This document shows positions 40,032 to 56,382 of a DNA stretch of 64,000 nucleotides, piece after piece. The notes below the pieces were generated by a model that saw nothing but the letters and a program-made list of their open reading frames with translations, was not told where the DNA came from and ran no database searches. Every line of letters starts with the position of its first letter. Position 1 is the stretch's first letter. Source of the DNA: Trichinella spiralis (Eukaryota); NCBI RefSeq assembly GCF_000181795.1, contig NW_003526941.1:10763478-10827477 (forward strand). Direction: 5' to 3'. Position numbers and translations under genes: made by a program.

Positions 40032-43000
40032 TCAAACGGCCGGTCGACGTACCGGAACCGCGGCAACGTTCATCTCCGGATAGACGGTGAAATAATCTTG
40101 TTGCAATTTGTTGGCCGGTTTACGAAGCTTGGACACACCCCAGGAGACGATAATGCCGGAAAAGATCACGCAAAGCAAACTCACGCTGACGGTGACCGCG
40201 ATAAAAGCCGACTCGGCAATGCACATCATGTCTTCTGGCGAGTGAGCCATCACTTTGACAAAGTTTCCCACTGAGAATGGAAATAATTAATTTTGTTTTT
40301 TTGGGAGGAGATCTTGTTTCACAACACCCAACTCACTACTACATCACACAACCACCACCACCACCACCACCATCACCACAGACAGACAGACAGATACTGC
40401 ATAGAAATTTGCATGCACTTTTTCAATTACGAATGCTACGACAACACCTACACCACCACCAATCACCGAATATATCTCATTTTGTTATTTTACAAAAGAA
40501 GAACAAACAACCTTTGGATGAGTATTGTGAGAATAAATAAATAAATAAATAAATAAATAACTTACCATAAGGCAGAAGGGTAGATTCTTCTTGTTCTTCT
40601 TCTTCTTGCTGTTGTCGCTTCTTCTCAACATCGTTTTTCTGTTGTTCCTTCTCACCGTCGGCATAGACCCGTAGAACTGCCGACAGTTTCTCCTCGACCA
40701 TCTCCTCTTCGTCGTCGTCGTTGTCAATAATCAACGTTTCGTTCATTTTAGCCGCGGTGGAACCAAGCGCAATGCTGCGCTTCTTGCGTCCGTTCGAGAT
40801 GAACATCTGCCTGCTTGAACCGTCCAAGCAGTGACTCTGCAATTGTTGAAAATTTTATTATCAAATTTGTAACAATTCAGCGCTGCAGCGTCAAGGAGGG
40901 AGTGGCTAACTGTCTTCGTATTTGTTGACCTTATTATTCAAAAATTTGCTTATCTTGCTCTATTGTGGAGATGAGGCTAATGATGTGATTAAAATTGAAA
41001 GAAAACAAAAATTATCCGTCCATTTTTAGAAATGCATACAAAAAGAAAACCCCTGAAAATTATAAATTTTCCTTTTTGTTTCCTTTCCAAATTCGAACAC
41101 TGCATGCAGTTTTGAGCAAAATAGAAAGAGCAAGAGAGAGAGAGAGAAAATGATGAAAGGAAGCTTAATTGTGCTGCTAAGAAATGAACAAAGCAAAAGC
41201 TGCTTGTGAAGAGAGATTTCGTTGTGTGCTAATTAATTGCCAATTGGCCGTTTTGTTGATTAGAGTAGTGTTATTTATAATGGCTATTGGGGTGATTGGA
41301 AGAGGGGGAGTGATTGGTTAGTTAGTATCTGCGAGCAGATGAGATTCAAGTCGAGTGTTTGCTTACTGGTGGACAACCGTAGGGGCCGGCGCAGAACATG
41401 ACCGTGCAAACCATTTGTATATCATAGGAGCCGTCGAGTCGGAAAGCTTTCATCATCGCCGCCAATCGGTTGTTGTTCTGATCCCTAACGACCGGCCCAA
41501 TCAACGCTGGATAACGTGGGCAGCTAAATTTGACAATAGCCAATTGAGCAAAATATAAAATGCAACAAGCCAAGATTAGCCAAACTGCTTACCCGTTTTC
41601 GATCACTTTAAATGGTACACTGTCGCCGGTTCCGCCGACACGCGTAGCGGTACACTCCAAAAGCATCATGTTGCTCGGTCCGGCTTGGTTGGAAGTGGCG
41701 ACGAGCAAAATTTCAGCACCGATGCAAGTTTCCCTAACCTCTTGGCCTTTCTTGTCCAAAAATTTCAAAGATGCACTCACCGGACCCGGGGTACCGGCTG
41801 GCAATAATTTCGGCTGCGCCTCGCTGAAAATATTCAAATTTGTCAAACCGTTGTTCCCTTGCTTTCAATTCACACACAAATCAAAAAATTACCCAATGTC
41901 GTACAAAGTGGTGACCATAACTGAACCTTCGCCGATGCCTTTCAACGACGTGTCACAAGTGACGCGATAAAAGCGATCCCACTCGGTGGTCACTTGATGA
42001 GGCAGAACACCGTCCAAAGAGACCACGACCATCGCTTCCAATTTTCCATCCTGAATTCAGAAATTCAATTTCAATCACAAATTTTCAGCGCTTTGACAAT
42101 TGGCACGTGAATTCTCCAACTATCTAGACGTGTTGTGTCTAGACTGCATCAGTTGCGAGTTGGATCTCCTGGAGGAGCTTCTTGAAGAAACCGACAATCT
42201 ATCACTTTTGCCCCCTTGGAGATTTTTAAAAATTTCATCCATTATTATTTCAATTATAATATCTTGATCATTATAATATTTCAAAATCTATTTCAATAAA
42301 AGTTTCTTAATTAATAAAAATTATCTGAAAGAAAGAAAGACAAAGAAGAAGACGAACATCATCATCATCATCATCATATTACGTGGAGATGTACTGTAAT
42401 GCCAATAGAAATACTGTAATTATTGTTTCAAAGTAAATTGGGGGGGGGGGGATGGAAAATAATCCAATTTGAAAATGAATTTTGAATGTTCAATTAGTAG
42501 ATTTCCTTTGTTTACAAGTGTAAATTAAAAAAAATTTCTTTTTTGAACTGTTCGTAATAAACTTACCCTCAAAACAGTTCCACAATCACCGCTGACCGTT
42601 GGTGGTGGGAATGTCATGACAATTTGTTTAGCATTAGTGACAGTTTTGTGACAAGTGGCGAAGCGATCAGCAGCATAAATAGCTCCAGTGTACGGTTCTC
42701 TTGTATTGACAATGAAACGAATACCTTCACTTGTGCAAAGAGCCATACCGCCAAATTGTGATTCTGCAAAAAAGCGGAAATGAAGATCGAGTGGACGACA
42801 ACAATAAATGAGTAGAAAATTAACATACCACAGTTGAATTCGTAGTAATCTGTCGACGGGTTGTTTTGCACGTTGGCAGTGGCTTTGTTGACGGCGTAGA
42901 CGTAGCAGGCGAGTTTGGTGCGCACGTAGTTGATGGATTTGCAGTTCAAATTTTGGAAACACAACGAAATACAGTCGGCTACAGTGACACCTTGAGCACT

Positions 43001-45455
43001 GGCAACTGGTGTAGCTTGGATTGCAGACCCGATGAAACGTTCGAATGCAGCCTGTTGTCGGCAAGTGCTCGACGTGAGATCAGCTACAGATTGGAAAATA
43101 TATTAGCAAAACCAACGCACACGCATGCAGAGAAAAAGAAAGAGAAAAATTAAGAAGAATAACAATTGTACTACTGTACCAGCAACGCAGGTTGGTTCGT
43201 AGTAATCTTTGCCTTCGAGCTTGGGTGGACCTTGCTGATCGGCACGTGAAAATGTGTCCTCGTCGGAAATGATGCATTTCTTCAACGACGGTGAATATTC
43301 TGCTGATCGACAGAAAGTATTCAACGAATCCAAACACTTTTGCAAGCACTGCGATTCTTGGGCTTCGATGCTCGAAGTGTGATCATACTTGTGTATCTCG
43401 AAGCTGGACGTTTTCACAAATACCAAATTGCCACCAATGTGACCACATCGATTTTGTCCTCAAATAACAAAATACAAGTGAACTGAAGTTGCCAAAGAAA
43501 AACAGATATTAATTTCAACAGCCATTTATTACTTGATAAACAGTTGCTGTCGAAATAGTCGATCGGTTCACTTTGTGATTTGCGCATATATTGTGGCTTG
43601 CTGCGTCGATCTTGGTCGCTCATTTCGCAAAAGTAAGTGTTGTAATTGTAATTGACAGAACGACAGACGAACGATTCTTCCAACAAGCATGCGCTCAGAC
43701 AATCCTCCCTGGAGCCGACTTGAATCGAACGACGGACAAAACCTTCCAAACGCGAGTTCCGGGTCCTTTCAAAACTGTACGATCGGTAAGAGCATGCTTG
43801 ATGTGCAGTGACGCCTGAGATGAAAAAAAAAACAAAAAATTATTCTTCTCTGAACTGTACAATTTGCACTAATTAATTCCTTCCTACCTGGCAGGCAAAC
43901 TTTTTCATAGTAGAAATTGTTCGCACTTGGATTCGGTGCCAGAATGCCGGATCCGGCGGGCGTGGCAGCGTTGTCGAAAAAATGGCACGTCTCCTGACCG
44001 TCATAGTTGAACGACGCGCAGGCCCTGGGCGCGCCGGTCGTCGGTTCGATGTTGTGCTTGCAAAAGTGAGCGCAAGAAATGTCATCACCGGCTGACGATA
44101 TCACCAGCGGAACGCCGGTTAGCCGAGCACGAGAGATGCGTATGAAGACGGCAACTTCATTCGGAGCACACTGGTAGACTAAACATCACAACAACAACAA
44201 CAAAATGAAACGTAGTTTTTCTTTCCAATTCAAAAAAACAACCTGTATGTCATTTTGCATACTGTAAATCAGTTTGACAACAATTATTTGAAACATTTTA
44301 AATAAGTTAATTAAATTTAAATAAGCTAAATATTTAAAATTGCATTGAAAAAAAAAGTTGACACAATGTAAACAATGATTAGCTTGGTTGCTCATTTCGA
44401 GCAACTTCTTTTGCCACTTAAATTACACACATCGTGTGTAGGTAAAACAGACCGTTTTGATCAGATAATGTGCACAGTCAGCGACCTTTGATGACATGTC
44501 ACATACGTCACTGGGGTTTGGAATACGCGCGACAAAATGACACTGAAATGCACCCGCATGCCCCGGCGCGGTACCACTTTGTCGGTGGGCTTAATTGCCC
44601 TTGACATTTCTTATTCAACGGACAGCGACTTGTTTAATTTAATCGGAAAAACAACACATTCCAGTGTTTTGAAATTTTTACAATCGCGGGCAAATTCGAG
44701 ATTTAAAAAAAATAAACAAACAAACCAACGAATGGTACAAAAAAATTGTACCGGCATTGTCAAGAGGTCAATGATCGCCATTATCAATTATGACAGTGAA
44801 TAATTTAAATTCGGTAACATTTGCAGCAAAATTCCACAAATGCTGAAAAAATTCATAAATGGCAACAAAAAACCAATACGCGACCGAATTTTTACCCATT
44901 GTCAGTGTTGCGCAAGCGGATGACTCAGTATTGTGAAAATTTTTGTTGTTGTATCAAAATTTGAAAAAAAAACAGGAAGAATATACTTTTTTGAAATGTT
45001 TCTATTTTACAATGATGAAATGGAAGTTTCGAACAAATAAGATTGAAAATTTAAATTTGCAATAAATTGAAAACATCGTAAAACAGTCACAGACAGCTAG
45101 ACAGATCGATTATGAGCAGAAAATTGAAAACTATCGTTCTATTTCGATACGAATCTTCACAAGCTGTGCATTTATGTTTTACATGCAAATGAAATTTTCA
45201 ATGAATAACCAAAGAAAGAAATGAAAAGAACAATATTTGGTCAAAAATAAAAATTACAACAAATAAATAACAATTACCTGATTTGATGTATTTTCGTAGG
45301 AGAGAAATTTAAAATTCTACCGTATGATTACTGTATATGTAGAAAAAAAAGAGCGGAAAAATAATGAAAGGCAGGTATTAAAAGGTTGACTTACTTGAAA
45401 AAGCCCGCTGAGCGGTAAGGAGGGAAACGAGCAGCAATGCCAGAGAAATTTGCAT
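40032..45455 (-). CDS. noah-2: NompA-like PAN x4 + ZP domain apical matrix protein with transmembrane anchor, ~806 aa, 11 exons
   Basis: Exons 45455-45395, 44178-43888, 43814-43533, 43458-43180, 43083-42829, 42763-42567, 42050-41893, 41823-41593, 41523-41367, 40836-40566, 40270-40032. Signal peptide MQISLALLLVSLL, four PAN repeats (CASFNY, CRSVNY, CRSAEY, CKSINY), ZP domain, furin site RKKR and C-terminal TM. NIEPTTG, NPSANNFYYEK and DGVLPHQVTTEWDRFYRV match recalled C. elegans NOAH-2. The symbol is less certain than the family. Confidence 0.88.
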
Positions 45456-48064
45456 TGCAATTGGGGTGCGTCAAAGTGATCAACGATCAAGTTGGCACTG
45501 TTGTTGGTGAACGTCTGAAAAGAACACCTGAAGAAGCGTTTGTCGAATGGTGTTTTGCCGTGCAGATGTATGGAACGGGCGGATGTTGTATTAGTAATGA
45601 AGAGTTGTAAAGTTGGGCAGGGAAAATTTAATATGATTATATTAATTGAAACCAAAGAAGAAAGAAAGAAAGAATGGACGAATCTCCAACCAGCCAACCG
45701 CTTACAACAGAATTACAAAACGTTATACAAATGCCTGCTTGAAGACAGTGTCGGTTTAATACGACAGCCAGGTAGACGGAAAGTGGAACAACTCGCTCGA
45801 CAAACTTTCACCTTTTCTTATGGACCGCTCGGCAAGGTCGTTACCCCTAAGACCCTTGGAATCTTCGGTACAGTGCCAGTGTGCGATCGGTCTGCAATCA
45901 CCAGGTCAACCCTGACGTGCTCCATTCTTCCACATGACAGCCTTTTATATTCGATGACAACACTTCCCAAAGGATTTTCAAAAATTAAAAAAAAATCAAA
46001 CAAAGTTTCAAAAACCACACCCACATCGAACTGTATTCCACAACAAATAAATACGTCATCCGTTATTATTATTATTATTATTGGCAACGAAACAGTTTTA
46101 ACCGCATGAAAATGCATACACGCAAAAGAATTTATCTCACTGCTAAATATTTTTAAAATACAAATTTATTTCATATAAAATAGCAAATATTCAAAAATAT
46201 TTAAATTTTTATTAAATATTTATAATTTAACTTTTTAATATCAACTAGCAGATGTTCAAAATATAAATAAAAAATGTGTTATTAAAAGTTTTTGAAAAAT
46301 CCTTTTCCTCGACAAAAGAAAACGAAAATTGAACATTCATTCCAATTGTCTTGTCATTCAAATAAAGTCATCAAATTTTCAATCACACTCGATTGAATTT
46401 TGTCCAAAATTAACAATTAAAAAAGTATAAATGAAAAATCACTCTTAAAACATGTTCATTAAGAAAATCAGTTCAGAAGAATAACCTTCCACCGAATGCC
46501 AATGTCAAATGCCATGCATACAGTAACACTTTAGAAGACAAAAATAATTTTCAAATCAAAAATAAAAATCTAAAGCATGTTTATAATAATAATTTTTTTT
46601 TCAAAACAAAACATATTCACAAGTGAAAACTGCATATTGTCATCGCGTATTCACCGTTAGTACAAGAATTATTTATTTTCAGTTTCAATAGTTCATTTTC
46701 GGTTATAATTTATTCAAAAACAAATCTTTATAAAGTTAATGTCAACAATTTGCTGTACGAACTTTTTCATCAAAATTGCAAACAATTTTTTTCAAATTAA
46801 CACTAAAAAAAGAAGACTTTTAAATTTTAACTGACAACTTACATTTGCGAAATTTGCGTTCCAAAATTGCATGCATAACTTTTGTTGCTTGATAGAAATT
46901 TTCCATAAAACACCAATATTTTATGGTTCAAATCTGTTGATATTCAATCAATATTAGTTGATGAAATTTTAGCTCAAGTCAGAAAAAATTGCAAAGAATG
47001 CCATTTCGATCAGATTATCAATTTACATTACATTTATCAATTTTCTCTCAATCGAAAGCAATCAAATGACATTTAATAAAGTTCACTGTGAAAAATAATA
47101 ATTAGAATGCGCAATTCAATCACAAATGTACCACTTTTATTAAAAACAACAATAATACTTACATGTGGGTTTGGATTTTTGCATGGTAGCAGCATCTTCA
47201 GTAGAACTTTTGGGTCAATTTCACCATTGCATTTTGCTTCGTCTTCATTTTATCAATTGTACACAGTGCCTAATCAAGCGCAGAGACATTGTAAAAATTC
47301 CAATCAAAAAATGTTATCTTACCAACTTTTGAAATATCTAACAAAACTGCAATGTCAAGCAAATGAATTTTCAAAAAAAACGCAACGTGTGGCACGACCT
47401 AATGAAAGCAACCATTGAAAATATGAATTTCAATTCAAATACACTCTGCTTTGCAGAAATAAGATAATTGCACATGTTGAAATGTCGTGAAAAAAATGCA
47501 ATAACAAAAAAAAGAAACTTTAAGGTTGTTTCATAAAATGAAAAATTCAAAATTGCCCATCACACAATGTACTGTAAATTGATCAGCATGTTCAAATGTT
47601 ATTGGTGAATCAATTTATTCAAAATGACAGCTTCGTTCATTACAAGTTAAAATTGCCCATTATAAAATGCAGCCACTTATAAATACAAAATTTCGTACAA
47701 AGTGCTGCTGCGTAAAAAGTCATCGAAAATGATACTCATGACTGTATATGTATATGTATGAAAAATATGAAAAGGATATATCCACGCAGAATAAGTGACG
47801 AAGTTTTCTGTGTAATTATAAAGTGCCAATAGTCGAATAAAGTAAAAACATTTTTCAAACGACAACACGGTCGTATGAACAGAATAAAATTTTAAAAAAT
47901 GGAAGAAAACAGACAAACAATCAATGATATAATAAAGTACACTGACAGTGAGATAAATTTCCGGCCAGCAGCACATTTCAAATATATTTGAGCAGTGGTA
48001 GGCGTGGAACTGCACAGCTGAAATTGAAGAACCCCTGACATATTGCTTTCAGTAGAAGCCATTT

Positions 48065-50931
<2,867 letters not shown>

Positions 50932-52564
50932 CACCGAAGACTGAAAAAGCCAACCGTCAGCAACAGCCAACATGACAACCACAACCACAAGCGTCGAAAG
51001 CACTGACCAAGTGCTGAGCAATGAGGCAAGTGGTGCGCGCGAATTTGCGTGGGTGGGGAGTGAAGAGAGCAAAGCAAAACGAAAGAAATTAAGAAAGAAG
51101 AAGAAAAATTAAAAAAACAAATTACCCACGAAAAAATTCCACGTTAATCAATACTTGAAGCGTGCTATTAGAAAAGTATCAGAAATTTTTATACGGAAGT
51201 TCGTTAAATCCGCGTTCGCTTCGCCAATGAGAATATACACCAAACTAGCTAGCGTTGCTATCTAGCTAGCTGTGTGCAAGCAATTGAAAATTTTCACTTT
51301 ATTCTCTCCTTTTTTCCCTTTTGTTGGAGCCACGTTAATGTCCTGAAAACAAGGGTCACAAAGAGAGAGAGATGAACAAATGCGCAGGGGTCGTATCAAG
51401 GTCGACACGAAAAATAACCTCTTTCAGCCTGAGAACCGTCCGCGTGCATGTGTGATTATAAGGTACTTAAAACACTGCTACGCATTACAACTAGTATTCT
51501 ATGACATTCGGAGAGAAACAATAATGCCAGTTTCAAAGTACACAATAATAACGGTCTATCGAGCGAACAGTCCAATTAAGAGCAAATCAAATGGCTGTAT
51601 TTGCACTGTAACGCGCTGTTTCGCTGCGATCCTCATCCAGCTAAAAGCAAAACTGACGCGCGTACAAATCATCACAAGCAGCTAATTTAACGAATGAATC
51701 ATGTCTACTTGGAAGACGATCAACTTTCATCGGAGGCTTCATATTTTATAAATAGCATATTGTTGTAAATGTTGAAGAACAATACTCGTGGTTTGGTTGA
51801 CAAATCTGACGATGCTTGGATAAATTTTCAAAAAAAATCACAATACAACAGATGAGGATAAATGAATTTACAACAATTTAAAAATTTTCTTTACATGCAA
51901 TCGCAGAAAGTTTAAAAGTGCACAAAGTTTCACCAGAGAATTTATCCGCCAATCAATGAAACCACGACACTGTGAAAAGTATAGTTAAATTCAATTAGCA
52001 TCACTTGGGACGATCTTAGTTGGCGTTCAGACGGAAGCGTAACCATCTTACCGTTAAATAAGCGAATTAGAGTTTCAGTTGATGTTCTGATAGCAAAATT
52101 GCTTATAACTGCCGCTCACGGAAGCCACCACACGCACTTCGTTATCAACACTGTAAGATTCAAAAGCTACAATACGATTTGCAGGTATACCAGAAAATTT
52201 ATTTCATAATCTACATTTCTCAGATTTCAAAAAAAATTATAATTTCAATGTGCACTTTGCATTTATTATGTATTATAATAAATTATTTCAAGTAAATAAA
52301 ATATTTTAATTTATTTAAAATTGAAAATAAAAAATAAAGCAATGCATAATAATAGAAATTTGAATGTTTGAACGTTAGCTGAATGTAAAGTAAAATTTAC
52401 AAATATTTTGTTCAATTTGCAATTTATAAACCAAATTATGAACAACTTTTTAAAAATAATTATCAAAAAAATCAAATTACACCTGATTTTAATTTTATAC
52501 CGTAACTGCCAGTTTTGTTGTCAGCAATAACTTTTAAACGAGTTTTTTGCGGAAAAGAACAAAA

Positions 52565-53642
52565 ATGGTAATGAATTGAAAAAATACGTTAGAAATTATA
52601 TTTCTCGCTTATAGCCGAAGTATTCACTCGAAATGAAAATTTTAACCAACACAGTGGAAACTCTAGAACCGAACAATGATAATTTTGCGTGGCAAATTAC
52701 AGTATGTCTTTTTTGGAAAAATGCAAATGAAAATTCAATAAAATTTTAATTAAATAACGTTTTTTAAATATTTTCTTTTTGTTTACGAGACTTCATTTAC
52801 TATATGTTAAATTCTATCATGTCTTTTTAAATTTACATAACATTTTTTTTACATTTGATTATACAAGAGCAAAACAGTAAATAAAATAGTTTGCATTGTT
52901 GTTTTATTTTGTTTTGATATTTACAAATACTTGTAATTAGTTGAAATGTTACGAAATATGTACATGTAGTGTAGTGAATGAATTTTTTCAAAGGTGAAGT
53001 GCCAATGTGGCGAAGTTTCGACTAATTGGCATAGCATTTACAAAGAGGTAATTGGAGCCAATTGAAAATTTTACTTATAAAATGAAATGAATTCAGGAAA
53101 AATTCGACATCCCGGGCAGTCGAGGAGATGCAAATTTTGTCAAAAAATGCAAAGTTTGTGGAAAAGTTGGTACCATAGGTGAATTTGTTCAATTATTTGT
53201 AGAAATAACATGGTTTTAAAAGAAATTATTTTATTATTTTGCATTACCGTATTATTTTTTGTTTAATAGATATTGTCGATGGATCGATTTCCGCTTATGA
53301 TGCAGAACTGGGTAAAGCATGGCAAAAGGTGGTCATGTTTGAGTGCCGCGGTGTTAAGCCTGTTGACTTTGAACCAGGCGTACTGAGCAACGTCGAAAAT
53401 TGTACATATTTTACTGTTAATAAGATGAAAATGAATTTTAGGGTGGATGGATTGTTACAGCCATGAGTGGTGCTCGTTATGAAAATGTTGATCTATCGGA
53501 GAAGGTTTGATTTGGAAAGTTTAAGAGAAAATAATTTGTTGTAATGTTTTTTCTTTTCCACCAGACCTGGGCTGAATACGACGAAAAAACTTTAAATGCA
53601 GTAACAATCGATGATATTAATTATCGCTTTATTAAGCGCTGA
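52565..53642 (+). CDS. CZIB: CXXC motif zinc-binding protein (DUF866 / C1orf123 family), ~158 aa, 7 coding exons
   Basis: Exons 52565-52567 (ATG only), 52615-52701, 52994-53047, 53097-53178, 53270-53379, 53442-53504, 53565-53642. Motifs KCQCGE, GSRGDANFVKKCKVC, FECRGVKPVDFEP, DLSEKTWAEYDEK. Confidence 0.9.
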
Positions 53643-54157
53643 ATTAGTGAATTGTATAGCTTCTGAAGTGAGTGGGTTTTTTTTAAATAAAACATCATTC
53701 GGTATGGTTATCGTATTTTCTGATGCGATAATTGATTGAGAAGAAATATCGTAGCAGACAGTAACTCTTGGAGTTTGAAGTTCGGGAAAGCGTTTTTTTA
53801 TGCATAATTTTTTTTCGACTGGCGTATGATTCATTTAACTGAGTTGTTGTTGTTGTTGTTGTTGTTTCATTTTGGTCTTCAGCTTTTTACAACGTGAAAT
53901 TATAATTCCTGTTTCAAAGCAATTCTTAAACTATTGTTGTCAAGTAGAGCGTCGCGGTATATAAGTTCCGGTAATTTTTACTCGAAGCAAACAAAATTTG
54001 AAATTTTAAATAAACAAAGAAACTGGGTTTTTCAAATTCACCTTCTTCAACATGGAGATGGGCGGCGGCAAGCAGCAGATTGTGGAATTGTTTGTCGCAA
54101 GTGAAGTGGTGAGGTGGAAAATTGTTTGTTGTTCGCATTGTCAGAAAAAAAAGAACA

Positions 54158-56006
54158 ATGAACACTGGATGCTTTTCTGTATGCAAAAGCGTTTTGCTCT
54201 TCTTCTTCTTCTTCTTGCTAATTAACATACCAGGTATGGTAATAAATGTTTGTTTGTTAATTTTCGAAGACAATTGATGGTGGATTATTAGTGAACAATC
54301 ATTTAATTTTTTTTTAAATATTATTTTATAGCTGCTCACAATTCTGAAATTCCATGCGACAGGTCCAATGTTGAAACTGCCGTGCAACGATTTTGGATTG
54401 TAGACTTTGATCCAGTGATGAATAAAGCAAGACATTATGATATCAGTTGCAACAGTTCCGGCATGCATGTGGCCGTGCACATGGAACGTGTAATAGAAAG
54501 GATGCATTGTTTTTGAATATTAATTAATGTATTATATGTTTAGCCGTTTACGGGAACTGTGCATCTCGCGGATCGTTTTTCACAATGTCGGAAGGTGGTT
54601 GAGTCGGCAGATTCGTTTGCAATGTTTTTTCCCAACAGTGAAGCGAATGTTGGATGCAACATCAAAGAAAAAGTAACCTTATTATATACGAAATTTCAAA
54701 GCGTCAGCTTCTCTTGTAGTTTTGTTCATTTGGATGGACTTTGGTCGACAATTTATTTATAGGACAATCGATTGACCGCTACTTTGATTTTTTCCAATCA
54801 ACAAGCCAATCTACCTCGGAATGCAATTTTTGGCAATGATGCAGTCGACGAAGTGCAATGCATGTTGGAATCAACGTCAGCCGAATCGAATAACAATAAT
54901 TCAAAAATGATCTATACCCATACAGGCTTAACGTGAGTTGAAATGGGAAAATATTAGCTGTTGCTGTTGTTTTCATTTCATAATTTTTTCAGTGTTATTG
55001 AACAAGCAACTGCTGCTGGTGATGGTGATGGTGGTAGTGGTACATCAATTGTTCAAGAATCCACTGTTCACCGACAGGCTCATCTGGAAATATTGCGTGA
55101 TTCATCACCCGTGAAACAAGTTTACATTGGTGAAACTTTACTGCTTAGCATATGGGCTGATTATGACGGTTTGCATTTGGTGAAATTGATTGAAAATTTG
55201 ATTTATTAATTCAATTCAATTCAATTCAGCCGAAGGAATATTCGTGGAAAATTGTTCCGTCACCGACGCCCAACTCGAGCAGCCATTGTTACCATTGATC
55301 ATCAATGGGTGCTGTGAATATTGCACCGTAGTGTGTTTTATTGTTGAGAATTTTTATGAAATTTCTTTTTACAGATGTTCCGTAGAGCCGAGCATTATCG
55401 GTCATTTTCATCATGTTCCCGATCGTTTGCAAGCATCCTTTCAAGCGTTCAAAATGGCCGACGCGGAACAACTTTATTTTCAGTGCGTGATAAAATTTTG
55501 CAACGATTGGTGCCCACAGGTAAAAATATAGTTGAAGAAATTGATGATACATGAAATTCGATCTTGATTTGTAATGGAAATCATTTTTATTCAACAGGTT
55601 GAATGTGACAATGGAAATAATGCAGTAGTGGTAACGAGAAGCGCAACACGACTTCGACGTATAGTGAATGGAATTGAACAAAAATCCCAGAACGCCGTCT
55701 ATTCATCCGTTGAAACACTGATTTCTATTTTACCGAAAGAAAGCAGTACAACACCCAGTCAACAGTTGATTGGTAAATTATGAACGAATGAATAATGATG
55801 GAATATTTTCTAAATCCTTTAGTTGTTGTCAATGATAATAAATAATTTCAGGTTTAACATCAGAAATGCTCAACGATTCAGAAGCTCAGAGTTGGAAATT
55901 CGCCACATCTGTAGTACTTTTGTTCGCGTTGAGCTTGCTGGTGGTCAGTTTCATCGTTCTACTCGCTTACTGGCAGTGGAAACGACGACTGGCAAATGCA
56001 CAATGA
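54158..56006 (+). CDS. Cuticlin-like ZP-domain protein (signal peptide, ZP, basic cleavage site, TM), ~420 aa, 9 exons
   Basis: Exons 54158-54233, 54332-54489, 54544-54672, 54763-54932, 54993-55168, 55230-55308, 55375-55519, 55598-55772, 55852-56006. ZP-N motif PFTGTVHLADRFSQC; ZP-C motifs IGETLLL, VENC, LIINGCS, FQAFK..LYFQCVIKFC..WCP; RLRR site; TM followed by WKRR. Confidence 0.85.
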
Positions 56007-56382
56007 CGAAGTTGTTCATTTATTCATTCATTCATTCACAAAGGGGTTTTTGTTCTGTTTATGCCTCTTGGATCTTATACAAAAAAAGCAACATATTGGA
56101 TAAAGAAGTAAATTATTAAAATAAATTGTAAATTCAATTTTGGCAACAACATTGTACATATCAGCTGCGGCAGCGAGCGAATTTTTCTTTTTTTTAAGGA
56201 ATAAAGCATCGTGGCGACGGGTTCCACAAAATATATAAATGGTCACTTTTGATATGATGAAATTGGCAATATTTAAAAGAAAAAAACAGTTTGAGAGAAA
56301 GAGAGCGACAGAGAAAAGTAGCATGAAGAAGGAGGATAGAGGAAGAAAAAAGTAATATAAAGTGGAAATACCTCAGTAATGC

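Noticed and set aside
41701..41720. Partial similarity to miR-87
   Set aside because: Lies antisense to a noah-2 coding exon, the 3' half mismatches, and no precursor hairpin was seen.
53926..54507. 193-aa minus ORF overlapping the cuticlin-like gene start
   Set aside because: Spans introns of the plus-strand gene, low complexity, no domain.
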